A DNA stretch of 32,000 bases, taken from NCBI RefSeq assembly GCF_000014265.1, contig NC_008312.1, forward strand, positions 2,700,001 to 2,732,000. The letters run 5' to 3'. This stretch comes from Trichodesmium erythraeum IMS101. GTDB lineage: Bacteria > Cyanobacteriota > Cyanobacteriia > Cyanobacteriales > Microcoleaceae. Position 1 is the stretch's first letter. The number at the start of each line of letters is the position of its first letter. A model generated the notes under the pieces. The model was not told the DNA's origin, did not search any database, and worked only from the letters and a program-made list of their open reading frames with translations. Positions 6,719-16,581 of this stretch are shown here, one piece after another. The position numbers were made by a program, and so were the translations under genes.

Positions 6719-7417
6719 TCACCATAAGCGAGCCTTAGCTATAGCAATATTTCCCGATAAACACACATCAACATCAGTCCCTGGATCAGACTTTCGGTTA
6801 AGATCGTATCCCACATAAAGATATCCGTTCTCTTTTTTAACAAATTCTGTAAGTAGAGGGCGGTTACAGAGGCGACAAAAAACCATTTCAGGCTCAGGTG
6901 CATCAGGTTCAAGGTGGGGAAAATTAACCGTCCATAAAGTTCCTTCCTCAGGTGGTTCAGCTAATAACTTCTTCAAGACCATCACCGTCCACTGTATTGC
7001 TCTTTCCCAGTCAATTTCCCAGTCATTTCTCTTAAAATGAGAAAAAGCGATCGCTGGAATTCGATGTATTGTAGCCTCTCTAGCCGCTGCAATAGTTCCA
7101 GAAGGATAAATATCCGAGCCCATATTACAGCCGCTATTAACTCCAGAGACCACAAAATTGATATCATCATACAGATAGTTTACCCCCAAACGAACACAGT
7201 CAGCCGGCGTACTATCAACACTCACCTCAGTTTCAGAACGCCATTCTACTGGTATAACTGTGCGGATATTGACTTGATGGCCACAGCCGGACTGGTGGTG
7301 TTTCGGTGCAACCATAACAATGCGGTCCGAAGTCACTTGGGATAGTGCCTTATGTAATGCACGAATTCCAGGAGCGTCAATACCATCATCATTAGTGATT
7401 AAAAAAGACGTTACCAT
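6719..7417 (-). CDS. surE: 5'/3'-nucleotidase SurE
   Basis: 232 aa. N-terminal signature FLITNDDGIDAPGIRAL and a later GVNSG..MG.D...SGT..AAREA match the SurE family. Length is typical. ATG at 7417-7415. Confidence 0.9.
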   Translation of the reverse strand: MVTSFLITNDDGIDAPGIRALHKALSQVTSDRIVMVAPKHHQSGCGHQVNIRTVIPVEWRSETEVSVDSTPADCVRLGVNYLYDDINFVVSGVNSGCNMGSDIYPSGTIAAAREATIHRIPAIAFSHFKRNDWEIDWERAIQWTVMVLKKLLAEPPEEGTLWTVNFPHLEPDAPEPEMVFCRLCNRPLLTEFVKKENGYLYVGYDLNRKSDPGTDVDVCLSGNIAIAKARLW

Positions 7418-7768
7418 AACATCAATAAATTAAAATAAATTAAACAACACAACTTCTATTTTCTTGAGCAGCAAAGAGAATATACCCAATAGTAAAGGTC
7501 AGGTACATCCCTAAGCTATTAGAATAACTGTTTTTCTTGTAGTTATCAGCTTTAAACTTAATTAGCTGAAACCCTTGACAGCAAGACTTAAAACTTGCTA
7601 TAATAAAAATCTTATGAGCTATAAGAATATTTAGTAATAGTTGTAATAACTATCTACAGTATGAGCGATCGCTTATTGTCACAAAGAAAAACCCTAAGTT
7701 TCCAGAAACTATTGGGTTTCAAACTCTAACTTCGGTTCAGAAGCGTTATCTTAAATAACTTGAGAAAT

Positions 7769-8316
7769 TTATTTTTCGTGTTTTTGTAACCCATAAAGCC
7801 TTGAACTAAAGCAATAGAGAATAGACAAGATATCTTCAACCATTTCTGCCTCTGGAGATAAGCTGATCTCATTGAGAACCAGCACATTGACCTCCAAAAG
7901 TGCTCACACAACCATTCAATAAATAGAAATCCAAATTTAACCGAGCTCTTAGCGTAAGGGAGCACAAGGGTTGAAATCTCCCCTACACTTATGCGTTCCA
8001 ATATTTTCAGGAACTTACACCGTTTAAAATTGAGCCCACTTCCAATTTCTGAAACAACATCAGCATTTGGGTACTTTACCCGTAGAAACTCAATTTGTTG
8101 ATCAAAGTCATCTTGTTAGCTATGACTAGATACTCTTGCATAAGCGATCAGATAATAAGCTTAGTTTGAGGATTTTTTTCATCAATATAAAATAGCCGTT
8201 AATTTCCTGGAGTTTTGATGCTGCAAACTTTCCTCCCTTATCCCATCGTCTAAGACTGCTGATACTAGCACCATAATATTCTGCCGCCTCTTTTAGTGAG
8301 ACATACTTTTTAATAC
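7769..8316 (-). mobile_element. tnpA: Decayed IS607-family serine-recombinase transposase gene (tnpA pseudogene)
   Basis: Hand translation of the minus strand gives, in shifting frames:
- (G)IKKYVSLKEAAEYYGASISSLRRWDKGGKF, a MerR-like HTH with no ATG in frame and a TAG just upstream
- YLIAYARVSSHS*QDDFDQQIEFL, the catalytic-Ser region with an in-frame TAA
- VSEIGSGLNFKRCKFLKILERISVGEISTLVLPYAKSSVKFGFLFIEWLCEHF
- after another frameshift, VNVLVLNEISLSPEAEMVEDILSILYCFSSRLYGLQKHEK*
This is the standard order of IS607 TnpA motifs. The track ORF 7726-8001 is just one fragment of it. Confidence 0.75.
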
Positions 8317-8760
8317 CCTATTAAACTTGACTAACTATATATTAGCAGTTATAGAAAGGTTTGAAAGACTTTGTTATGGGGTCAGCCATTGTGGCTATAA
8401 AAACTATTTATTTACTAGTGTTCCTAAAGAAGAACTTTTTCCTAGCTAATTATAGCAAGCAATAGTTCAAACATCTTCCCTGATCACAAAATTAGTTAAC
8501 TTAAGCCTTCCCAAAAAGTTAGAGTCCCATTAACTAGAATTACCCAAACTTATATAATTAGAAATTGCATAAACTTTGGAACTAGCTTCCTGGTTTCACC
8601 CTTATGCCACTGACCCCAGTTTTAACTTATCTTTTCTCTTCAAGCAACAAAATTACAAGGAAGCTTCAAGCTACTTATTCATATAGTTTTCGCTTATTAT
8701 TAATACTGCGACAAAATCCATATATATGTGTAAGTTTCAATAAGTATAGTAAGTTCTTAT

Positions 8761-9930
8761 TTAACTATCAAGTCCCCTAGCATCTAACCACATTACCCCA
8801 AACAGATCATGACCAACACCATAACCTGGTTGCTGTGTTGCCTCCAATTTTTGCAATACTTGAGCCAACATGAGCTCAACTTTTTGTCGGCGGGCGTCTT
8901 TTCCAGAAATCTGTTGGAACTCTTTATCAAGTTCCGCCTTAAACCCTTGAACCTCTTGAGGCAAGTCAACAAGTTCCACCTCTATAGACTCACCTAAGAT
9001 AGCCCCTGCCTGACTCACTAATAAATTCCACCAACCGGAGAATTTTTCAAAGAATTCCAAAATATGTTTTGGTGCAGTTGTCAACTCCACTTGAAAAATC
9101 AGCTTATTCAACTCTGTCTCTTCACCAGGCTCCATTAAACTGTTAATCAAATTACGATAATTCGGTAATTTTGGGTTAAATTGTCCTGTAGAAGTATGAC
9201 GCCCCACCATAATTGAGCGATCGAAAAACTGAAATCTCTCAACAGGACAGCCAACAGCATCAGCTGCCTTCTGCATAATATTTTGCAAATCATCATGGGA
9301 GTAAAAACTCATCCATGTAGGTTCCGCATGTCCTTCGCTCTCAAAAAAGCTCATAGAGTAGTCCCAACGAGTTTCATTCCATTTAGGTGTCCACTCAATG
9401 CTGTAGCGTCCCAATACATCTACAACTACCGCACACCTGGAATTATACTTGCGAACATTAGTAACAATTGTTTTGATGGCTTGGTAAAGCTCATCGTTAG
9501 TCAAATGAGAGTAAGGAACTCCACAGGAAAGATATACATCAAAAAAATCAGTAATGTTGCTGTGACGAATATCTTCACACTTAAACCTAACATGATTTTC
9601 TTTTGCGTACAAATCATTAGCCGCCTTCACCATTTGGGGGCTAATATCAATGCCAAGATATTCTAGTTGATAATTACTAATTTCCTTATATTCCTTGAAG
9701 AGCTTTTTAAGCAACTCATATCCATCCCCTGTGCCGGATCCTATATCAAGAACTTTTAGCTTATCTTTTTTAATTTTATGGGACAACCTAATCGCTTTCT
9801 TAAAAACCGAACAAGAAAATGGCTCTTCCCACTCAACTTTTACACCATCACGACGATCTTTAGATAGGTAATGTTCAACGGCATTACTTTTATCGTAATT
9901 ACTTTTGATACACTCTGATGTAACTTTCAT
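8761..9930 (-). CDS. Class I SAM-dependent methyltransferase (substrate unknown)
   Basis: 389-aa ORF. Motif I is KVLDIGSGTGDGYELL, followed by the acidic post-I LGIDIS, typical of the Rossmann-fold methyltransferase family. The C-terminal ~170 aa are unassigned. Confidence 0.75.
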   Translation of the reverse strand: MKVTSECIKSNYDKSNAVEHYLSKDRRDGVKVEWEEPFSCSVFKKAIRLSHKIKKDKLKVLDIGSGTGDGYELLKKLFKEYKEISNYQLEYLGIDISPQMVKAANDLYAKENHVRFKCEDIRHSNITDFFDVYLSCGVPYSHLTNDELYQAIKTIVTNVRKYNSRCAVVVDVLGRYSIEWTPKWNETRWDYSMSFFESEGHAEPTWMSFYSHDDLQNIMQKAADAVGCPVERFQFFDRSIMVGRHTSTGQFNPKLPNYRNLINSLMEPGEETELNKLIFQVELTTAPKHILEFFEKFSGWWNLLVSQAGAILGESIEVELVDLPQEVQGFKAELDKEFQQISGKDARRQKVELMLAQVLQKLEATQQPGYGVGHDLFGVMWLDARGLDS

Positions 9931-10891
9931 AAAAAACCAATAACTTTATAACTATGGGCAACATTCAGGATGAAGGACTTACGCGAAAACACTAATTAAT
10001 GATAGTGAATGTATTTCAAATAATGATCAAAAATGCACTATACATAGTGTTACTGCCTAACTCCTCTAACTAGTAAAGCCCTAAAAAGAAAATAGTTAAC
10101 TCTTTAGTTGAAGGAAAACTTATCAAGTTTCAATCACAAAAGTGTTATGTATGAACAAAAATTTTCCTTATATTTTTAGCTTAGTACTGATGAGAACTTA
10201 TGTAAAGAGACTAATTGTAGTAGGAATATCTAGAATAATGCTGTAATCATAAGCTATATATAGCAAAACTGCATTCATCCCTATTTATCGTATCTTTCTT
10301 TACTTCAACTATAGCTTATCAAAATCTTTCTTAATATAAAACTTGACAAAAATCGCCTAATGTGAGATAAAATGTATTTTTGGAATGCGATCGCTGACTA
10401 CCAAGATGGCCTCTAGCTCATTGGGCCTGGATCCAGAACTATTGCTTTTCCTTGTTTCGTTACTATGAACGTTAAAGTTTGTCAACAATGCATAATAGAA
10501 AGTAGTCAAAATTGGAGGTATCTGCGAATATGTAGAATATTTTTGTGGGTATTACTTTTATATCATATCCAGTTAATAATCAGCGCTCACAGAAGTTAAT
10601 TGGCAAGACCCAAACTAGGGTTAACTTATCAGAAATTCGACCAGTCATAGTAGAAAAGACGCAAGCAAGTTAGCTAAGATTCGCTCATATTGACATTCTC
10701 CCCAGCTATTAGACGCGCTTAAACAACTGAGCCCTAGCCCCAATGTAGGTTAATGTTTGATTACTGCTGCCACCTGTCGCCTTTGCTCTACCATCTCTCA
10801 AATATTACCTGTTGCCTGTAACCTGCGACCTGCCAACTACCACCTTAACAGGCAGGCCTACATACATCATCAAATCGGAAATTGCTGCAAT

Positions 10892-10911
10892 AAAAAAACC
10901 TCCAACGGAGG
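10892..10911 (-). terminator. Candidate intrinsic terminator downstream of ctaE
   Basis: Minus sense reads gtgCCTCCgttGGAGGttttttta, a 5-bp GC-rich stem with a 3-nt loop followed by a T7 run, ~47 nt after the ctaE stop. The stem is short. Confidence 0.5.
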
Positions 10912-10957
10912 CACAAAAATAATCAATTGCTTTATATTCAAAACAAAACTGTCTCAA

Positions 10958-11593
10958 TTAAAGTAGAGTCAAAATATATATTAAAGTGAACAAAACAATC
11001 CAAATAATATCAACAAAGTGCCAATATATTTCTGCCATCTCAATACCAACATGCTTTTCTTCATTGTAATGACCAGCACGACGAGAACGCCATAACACCC
11101 CAAGAATTAGCAATACACCAACAAAAACGTGGAGACCGTGGAAACCAGTCATCAGATAAAAACAGTTAGAAAAAACATTAGTAGTCAGACCATAACCCAA
11201 AGTCATGTACTCATAAACCTGGCCACCCAAGAAAATGATACCCATAATTGCTGTAACTAAATACCATAAACGCATTCCTGAAACATCATTCTTTTTAATC
11301 GCAGTATCACCCTTGTGAATCACAAAACTGCTGGAAACCAGAATAATAGTGTTAATTGTTGGCAATAATAACTCTACCTCTGTTTCCTCAGGAGGCCAAA
11401 CCCCTGCATTCGTTCGATAAATTAAATAAGCAGCAAATAGTCCTCCAAACATTAAAGACTCAGAAGCGAGAAAAGTTAATAACCCAAAAACCCTTAAATC
11501 CTGATGTTCCTCGTGATGCTCTGCTTCTACTGATGTTGAAGAAACTGAAGTATCAGCTAAATTATTAGTTGTATCAATGGTTGAACCTTGCAT
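10958..11593 (-). CDS. ctaE: Cytochrome c oxidase subunit III
   Basis: 211 aa, polytopic. Motifs FLASESLMFGGLFAAY, MTGFHGLHVFVGV and YWHFVDIIW are characteristic of heme-copper oxidase subunit III. Located downstream of ctaD. Confidence 0.92.
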   Translation of the reverse strand: MQGSTIDTTNNLADTSVSSTSVEAEHHEEHQDLRVFGLLTFLASESLMFGGLFAAYLIYRTNAGVWPPEETEVELLLPTINTIILVSSSFVIHKGDTAIKKNDVSGMRLWYLVTAIMGIIFLGGQVYEYMTLGYGLTTNVFSNCFYLMTGFHGLHVFVGVLLILGVLWRSRRAGHYNEEKHVGIEMAEIYWHFVDIIWIVLFTLIYILTLL

Positions 11594-11931
11594 AATATTT
11601 TATACCTAAATTAACAATTAACAAAATTAACTTATGAATTGGGATATTTGAATAGTCATACAAATTCTCTCAAGAATTACTACACATCATACCCAAGAAT
11701 TAAATCATATAACCTTATTAAGATTGGCAGTTTAGCCTAAGTTTATGAAATTAGTATTAGTAGCTTTGTATTAGGTTGGCTTAATTTGCCTTAACCCAAT
11801 ACAATAGCAGCTAGGAAACTTAGAAATTGAGGTGAGGACTTACCTGGATAAATCCTTGTTTAATTCAATAAAAATCTATGAAAAAACAGTTTTTTTTAGC
11901 TTTATCCCCGTAAGTCCTGTGAGTAAAATAA

Positions 11932-13704
11932 CTAACTTTTCCTAGTAGGATCCTGAGAATCATTAATAGACCCGGAACCACTATATAAGGATGAAGAATC
12001 AGCTTCAGAAACAGGTACACCTGTTTCCTTAACCTTTGAACTTGGTGTAGAAATCAGCTTGAACCGCTCTCGAATAGCAAGAGTTTTCTTAGAACCAAAA
12101 TCATAAGGACCCTCAGTAACTACTGGTAATACTTCCCAGTTTTCAATAATGGGAGGTGAGCTAGTAGTCCACTCTAAAGATAAACCACCCCAAGGATTAT
12201 CCCCAGCTTTTGGCCCATACATCCAACTCCAAATCATGTTAATTAAGAATGGAAGTACAGATAAACCTAAGAGAATTGACCCATAAGTACAGATATGATT
12301 CAGAGATTCAAACTTAGGGTCATACATAGCAATTCGACGAGGCATTCCTTGTAAACCCAATTGATGCATGGGTAAGAAAGTGAGGTTAGTACCAATTAAA
12401 GTGAGAACAAAATGAATTCGACCCCAGGTTTCGTTGTACATTCGGCCTGTGATTTTGGGGAACCAGTGATAGATACCTGAATACAGACCAAATACTGAAC
12501 CACCAAATAGAACGTAATGGAAGTGACCTACTACATAGTAACTATCATGAACGTGAACATCAAAAGGAACCGTTCCCAGAGTCACCCCACTTAGTCCTCC
12601 CATAACGAACATTGCTAATAAACCGACGGCAAAAAGCATTCCACTTGTGAAGCGAATTTTTCCCCCCCAGAGAGTAGCTATCCAACTAAAGATTTTGATT
12701 CCTGTAGGAACTGCAACAATTAGAGTAGAGATGGTAAAGAACATCCGCATCCAAGGTGGGGTTCCACTGGTGAACATATGGTGTACCCATACGAACAAAC
12801 CTACTAAGCAAATAGCAAGACTCGAGTAGGCGATCGCTTTATAACCAAATATTGGTTTACGAGCGTGAATAGGAATAACTTCTGAGAGAATGCCGAATAT
12901 TGGCAGAATCATCAGATAAACTGCCGGGTGAGAATAGAACCAAAATAAGTGCTGGTATACAACTACATCACCGCCCATCTCTGGTCTAAAGAAGCCGGTG
13001 CCAAAGTTGATATCAAATAATAACATGATCAACCCTGCTGCTAAAACAGGAGTGGAGCATAAAGCTAAAACAGAAGTAGCAAGAATTGCCCAGCAGAACA
13101 GGGGAAGCTGATCCCATTTCATGCTAGGAACTTTCATTTTCAGAATCGTAGCGATAAAATTCAGGGCACCCAGAATGGAAGAAGTTCCCACTAACACAAT
13201 ACTGAGAATCCATAAAGATTGTCCCCCGTTATTGGTAATAACGCTCAGGGGTGGATATGCTGTCCAACCACTTTGTGCCCCTCCCAGAGATAAACTAGCA
13301 ATTAATAATGCTCCAGCAGGAGGGTTTAGCCAGAAGGCGATCGCGTTCAAGTTGGGAAATGCCATATCTCTTGCTCCTACCATCAGAGGTACGAGATAGT
13401 TCCCGAGACCACCGATGGCAGCCGGAATAATCCATAAGAAAATCATTATAGTGCCATGATTTGTCAGGAAAGCATTGTAGATATCTGGTTCCAGAACGTC
13501 TGGATCTGGCGTATAGAGTTCTGCTCTAAGGCCCATTGCCATTAGACCACCAAGCAGATAAAAGAAGAAGGCAGTAACAAGATATTGAATACCAATTACT
13601 TTATGGTCTATGTTATAGCCGAAGTAGTGATACCATTTCCACGCCTTCGGGTGTGGTTTTTCCGGTTTTGATTGAGTATCTAAAGGAATTTGTGTTTGTG
13701 TCAT
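11932..13704 (-). CDS. ctaD: Cytochrome c oxidase subunit I
   Basis: 590 aa. Signatures are WFYSHPAVYLMILPIFG, VWVHHMFT, GHFHYVLFGG and GMPRR. It has a Ser-rich ~50-aa C-terminal tail. Confidence 0.95.
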   Translation of the reverse strand: MTQTQIPLDTQSKPEKPHPKAWKWYHYFGYNIDHKVIGIQYLVTAFFFYLLGGLMAMGLRAELYTPDPDVLEPDIYNAFLTNHGTIMIFLWIIPAAIGGLGNYLVPLMVGARDMAFPNLNAIAFWLNPPAGALLIASLSLGGAQSGWTAYPPLSVITNNGGQSLWILSIVLVGTSSILGALNFIATILKMKVPSMKWDQLPLFCWAILATSVLALCSTPVLAAGLIMLLFDINFGTGFFRPEMGGDVVVYQHLFWFYSHPAVYLMILPIFGILSEVIPIHARKPIFGYKAIAYSSLAICLVGLFVWVHHMFTSGTPPWMRMFFTISTLIVAVPTGIKIFSWIATLWGGKIRFTSGMLFAVGLLAMFVMGGLSGVTLGTVPFDVHVHDSYYVVGHFHYVLFGGSVFGLYSGIYHWFPKITGRMYNETWGRIHFVLTLIGTNLTFLPMHQLGLQGMPRRIAMYDPKFESLNHICTYGSILLGLSVLPFLINMIWSWMYGPKAGDNPWGGLSLEWTTSSPPIIENWEVLPVVTEGPYDFGSKKTLAIRERFKLISTPSSKVKETGVPVSEADSSSLYSGSGSINDSQDPTRKS

Positions 13705-13790
13705 CCGTAATTATTTTTGAGAATTATGAATTAGCTATTATTAAATGAGGGACTTGAATGATTATTTAGCAAATCCCAGGGCACTTTTTT

Positions 13791-14810
13791 TTAGTGATAA
13801 GTTTGATTAATGTGATTTAAGGTTTCAGAATCAATTCCTATTTCCTCAGAGTATGGTTGGAGGTATTCCGAGTCGGATAAGTCAGCAGTGTTTACTGCTA
13901 TAGCTTGATTCAATTCTTGTTGTTGAGCAAAAGTATTTTCTTCTATCCAAGCTGCGTATTCTTCTTGGGTTTGAACCACCACAGTTGTTCTCATTGCTCC
14001 ATGATAAGAACCACAAAGTTCGGCACAATAAACTGGATATTCTCCTATTTTAGTGGCTACAAAACGCAGTTGAGTTTCTTTACCGGGAATGGCATCTTGC
14101 TTCAAACGGAAAGCCGGTATCCAGAAAGAATGAATTACATCTTGGGCAGAAAGGTTAATTTGAATATCCTTGTTTACAGGAATATGTAATTCTCCTGCAA
14201 AAACACCACTATCAGGATAGTTCATTAACCAACCATATTGAATACCGGTGATGTCTACTATCACATCAGCTTGTTTTCCGGCCCCCTGTGGAGTTGCTCC
14301 AAAACCATACTTGCTAGCTACTTTTGTTGCTTCCATTCCTTCAGTATCTGCAATTAGGGGAGCAGCAATAGCAGAACCTCTCATTTTCGCCACTTCCTGG
14401 TAAGATGGAGCATGATGATGAGCTACCATTGTACTATTTGGATCAAATCCACCCATTTGTCTATATATATCTACACTATAGATACCAAGACCAATTACAA
14501 TTATGGATGGAATTGCTGTCCAGAATATTTCTAATGGTAAATTTTCTCTAAAGTTGGCACCATCGCTGTCGTCTCCTTGACGCCGACGAAATTTAATCAT
14601 ACAAAAGACTATTGTGCCTTCTACTATTATAAATAAACCTGTTGCTATAGTAAACATAATGTCAAAAAATCTGTCCACCAGAGGCGCTTGTTCAGATGCT
14701 GCCTCTGGTAACAGACCATGATTTTGACCTGCCCATAAGCTAATTATGGTGACTACTATACCAACTACTAAAGTTATTATTGAGACTGGTACTTTTTCTT
14801 TTTCTTCCAT
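13791..14810 (-). CDS. ctaC: Cytochrome c oxidase subunit II (CuA subunit)
   Basis: 339 aa. Two N-terminal TM helices, DVIHSFWIP and CAELCGSYHGAM (CuA ligand pattern H...CxExCGxxHxxM). Confidence 0.93.
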   Translation of the reverse strand: MEEKEKVPVSIITLVVGIVVTIISLWAGQNHGLLPEAASEQAPLVDRFFDIMFTIATGLFIIVEGTIVFCMIKFRRRQGDDSDGANFRENLPLEIFWTAIPSIIVIGLGIYSVDIYRQMGGFDPNSTMVAHHHAPSYQEVAKMRGSAIAAPLIADTEGMEATKVASKYGFGATPQGAGKQADVIVDITGIQYGWLMNYPDSGVFAGELHIPVNKDIQINLSAQDVIHSFWIPAFRLKQDAIPGKETQLRFVATKIGEYPVYCAELCGSYHGAMRTTVVVQTQEEYAAWIEENTFAQQQELNQAIAVNTADLSDSEYLQPYSEEIGIDSETLNHINQTYH

Positions 14811-16581
14811 TTTACTTAGGTTGCTTTGTTATTCTGGTGAAATTCACCAAATTAATTCAAATCTCAGGTTTCACTTTTAGATACTGCTTTGATATTTCTC
14901 AGAAAATCAAGTAATTGCAGTCCATAAGTTATGTCTTCCACAAACTTAAAATCTGCGTCAACACCATCTACTTTGACTTAATTGGCTTTTGTTTTAGGTT
15001 ACAAACTTCCCTGTTTATAGTTTTAGTTGTTAACCATAGCCTAGTAGAGGTTCCTCTGACTTGTTGTCATAGTCAACTATTTAGCTTAAAGTAACCATTT
15101 ACTTATAACTAAAATATAGTTGTCACCCTTTAGGAATATTTTAGGTTCTTTTCATTTAATCTACAATTTTTCTAAACAAAATTTATTTTATTTTAACTAT
15201 TGCACCAAAAAACTGCCCCATACTTTGGAGCCACAAAATTAAAATTGAAGATGTACTCTTAAGTTTCATACCTTTTTAGTAATTTAAAATAGAGATCTCG
15301 GAAAAATAAAGAAGTTATACTATAGTAATCAAACATATTATTTGAAGCGATTGATTATAAGTAGTATATGAGAATAGGTCCACAGTAATCCTGAATTAAC
15401 CTCACAAGGTTGATTGAGAATCAAGTATAAATAACAGTAGAGATTATTAACATATCTACCAAAAGTTATTAATGAAACTTTAAGAGAGTAAGATTTTATC
15501 TATAGATAGGTATTAAAAAGTCAATTAAAGGCAAAAAAATATATGTATAAAAAACAAGAATAATATGACTTGGGGCAGAAAAAAAAATTAGGGAATAAAA
15601 AAAACTAATAATTGTGTTTTCTTTTGGTGAATATATTATTGATATAGAAACTAAAAATTTAGGAAAAAGAGTAGCATAAATAATTCATGTAAAACACAAT
15701 AAAAATTCCCTTAACAACAAAAAAAATACTTGGGATCAAGCCTAAATTGGATTAGGATTAATCAAAATACCTAAAAAAAACTCAAAAATTCAAGAATTAA
15801 CTAGCAAAAAAAAGCCGAAAAACCAAGAGCAGACATCTGAAATAATTTTGAACGAATCAGCCTTATTCCTCCATCTCTCTATAAATTTTTGTTTTAGCAG
15901 TAAACATTAGGGTATTTAATATAGCTATATTTAGGGATGTAGAGTTTTACCGCGATATGGGCATTCCGAAAATCTTGGTAGTTAGATAGCTCTCTTCAAA
16001 ATAGTTACAGTAAGTATTTTGCTATTTTTACAAGATTTCTAATACCAATGAGCAAAAATAATGATATGTATCAAATGACACTTAAATTATTAAGTAATTA
16101 ATATAGGCAGCATCACCTTTTTAATTAATAATGTGTTAATTATTCTCATATTGTAGGGAGATTGTATAGAGCATCCCTTCCTATACAGAAGTTTTATAGA
16201 ACGCCCCTAACTACTCCTATGCTCCCAGGAAAGATAGGAATAGAACAGTTGTTGAGCAATAGTATAAACTTTAGGAGAAAGCCGGTTTATTTCCCTAATT
16301 ATTATTGTTAAAATTATGAAATTTCGTATCATAACCCTATGATCGTGTGTAATTCTTAAAAAATAAAGTTTTTTGGGAGTCATGGGAAATTAGTAGCATA
16401 TATAACAATGAATTATTAAAAAAAAATTTAAAATAAAAAGAGTTTGTAAAGATAGATAACTATGCAAACATTATTGTCTATAGTAACAAACAGTAATAAA
16501 AATTATTAACCTTTATTACCTTGTCAATAGTTAATTTTTTGTTAAATTAGCAACAATAATAATGTCAATCATATAAGATTT

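Noticed and set aside
7418-7768. Possible tnpB remnant downstream of the IS607 tnpA relic (for example SLKPNSF in one frame)
   Set aside because: There are only tri- or tetrapeptide resemblances, all frames are full of stops, and the space is far too short for TnpB. It is not supportable from sequence alone.
7726-8001. 91-aa minus-strand ORF as a stand-alone gene
   Set aside because: Its translation (ERISVGEISTLVLPYAKSSVKFGFLFIEWLCEHF) is one frame fragment of the decayed IS607-type tnpA spanning 7769-8316. It is not an independent gene.
10757-10966. 69-aa plus-strand ORF downstream of ctaE
   Set aside because: It overlaps the ctaE stop, the predicted terminator and the heptad/hairpin patch. 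Its composition is Cys/Asn-rich and unstructured, and it has no start context.
6982-14189. Short ORFs 6982-7170(-), 7037-7345(+), 8809-8997(+), 9283-9666(+), 11356-11568(+), 12647-12829(+), 13121-13399(+) and 13905-14189(+)
   Set aside because: All are embedded in or antisense to confidently identified genes (surE, the methyltransferase, ctaE, ctaD, ctaC). Their translations are low-complexity with no motifs.
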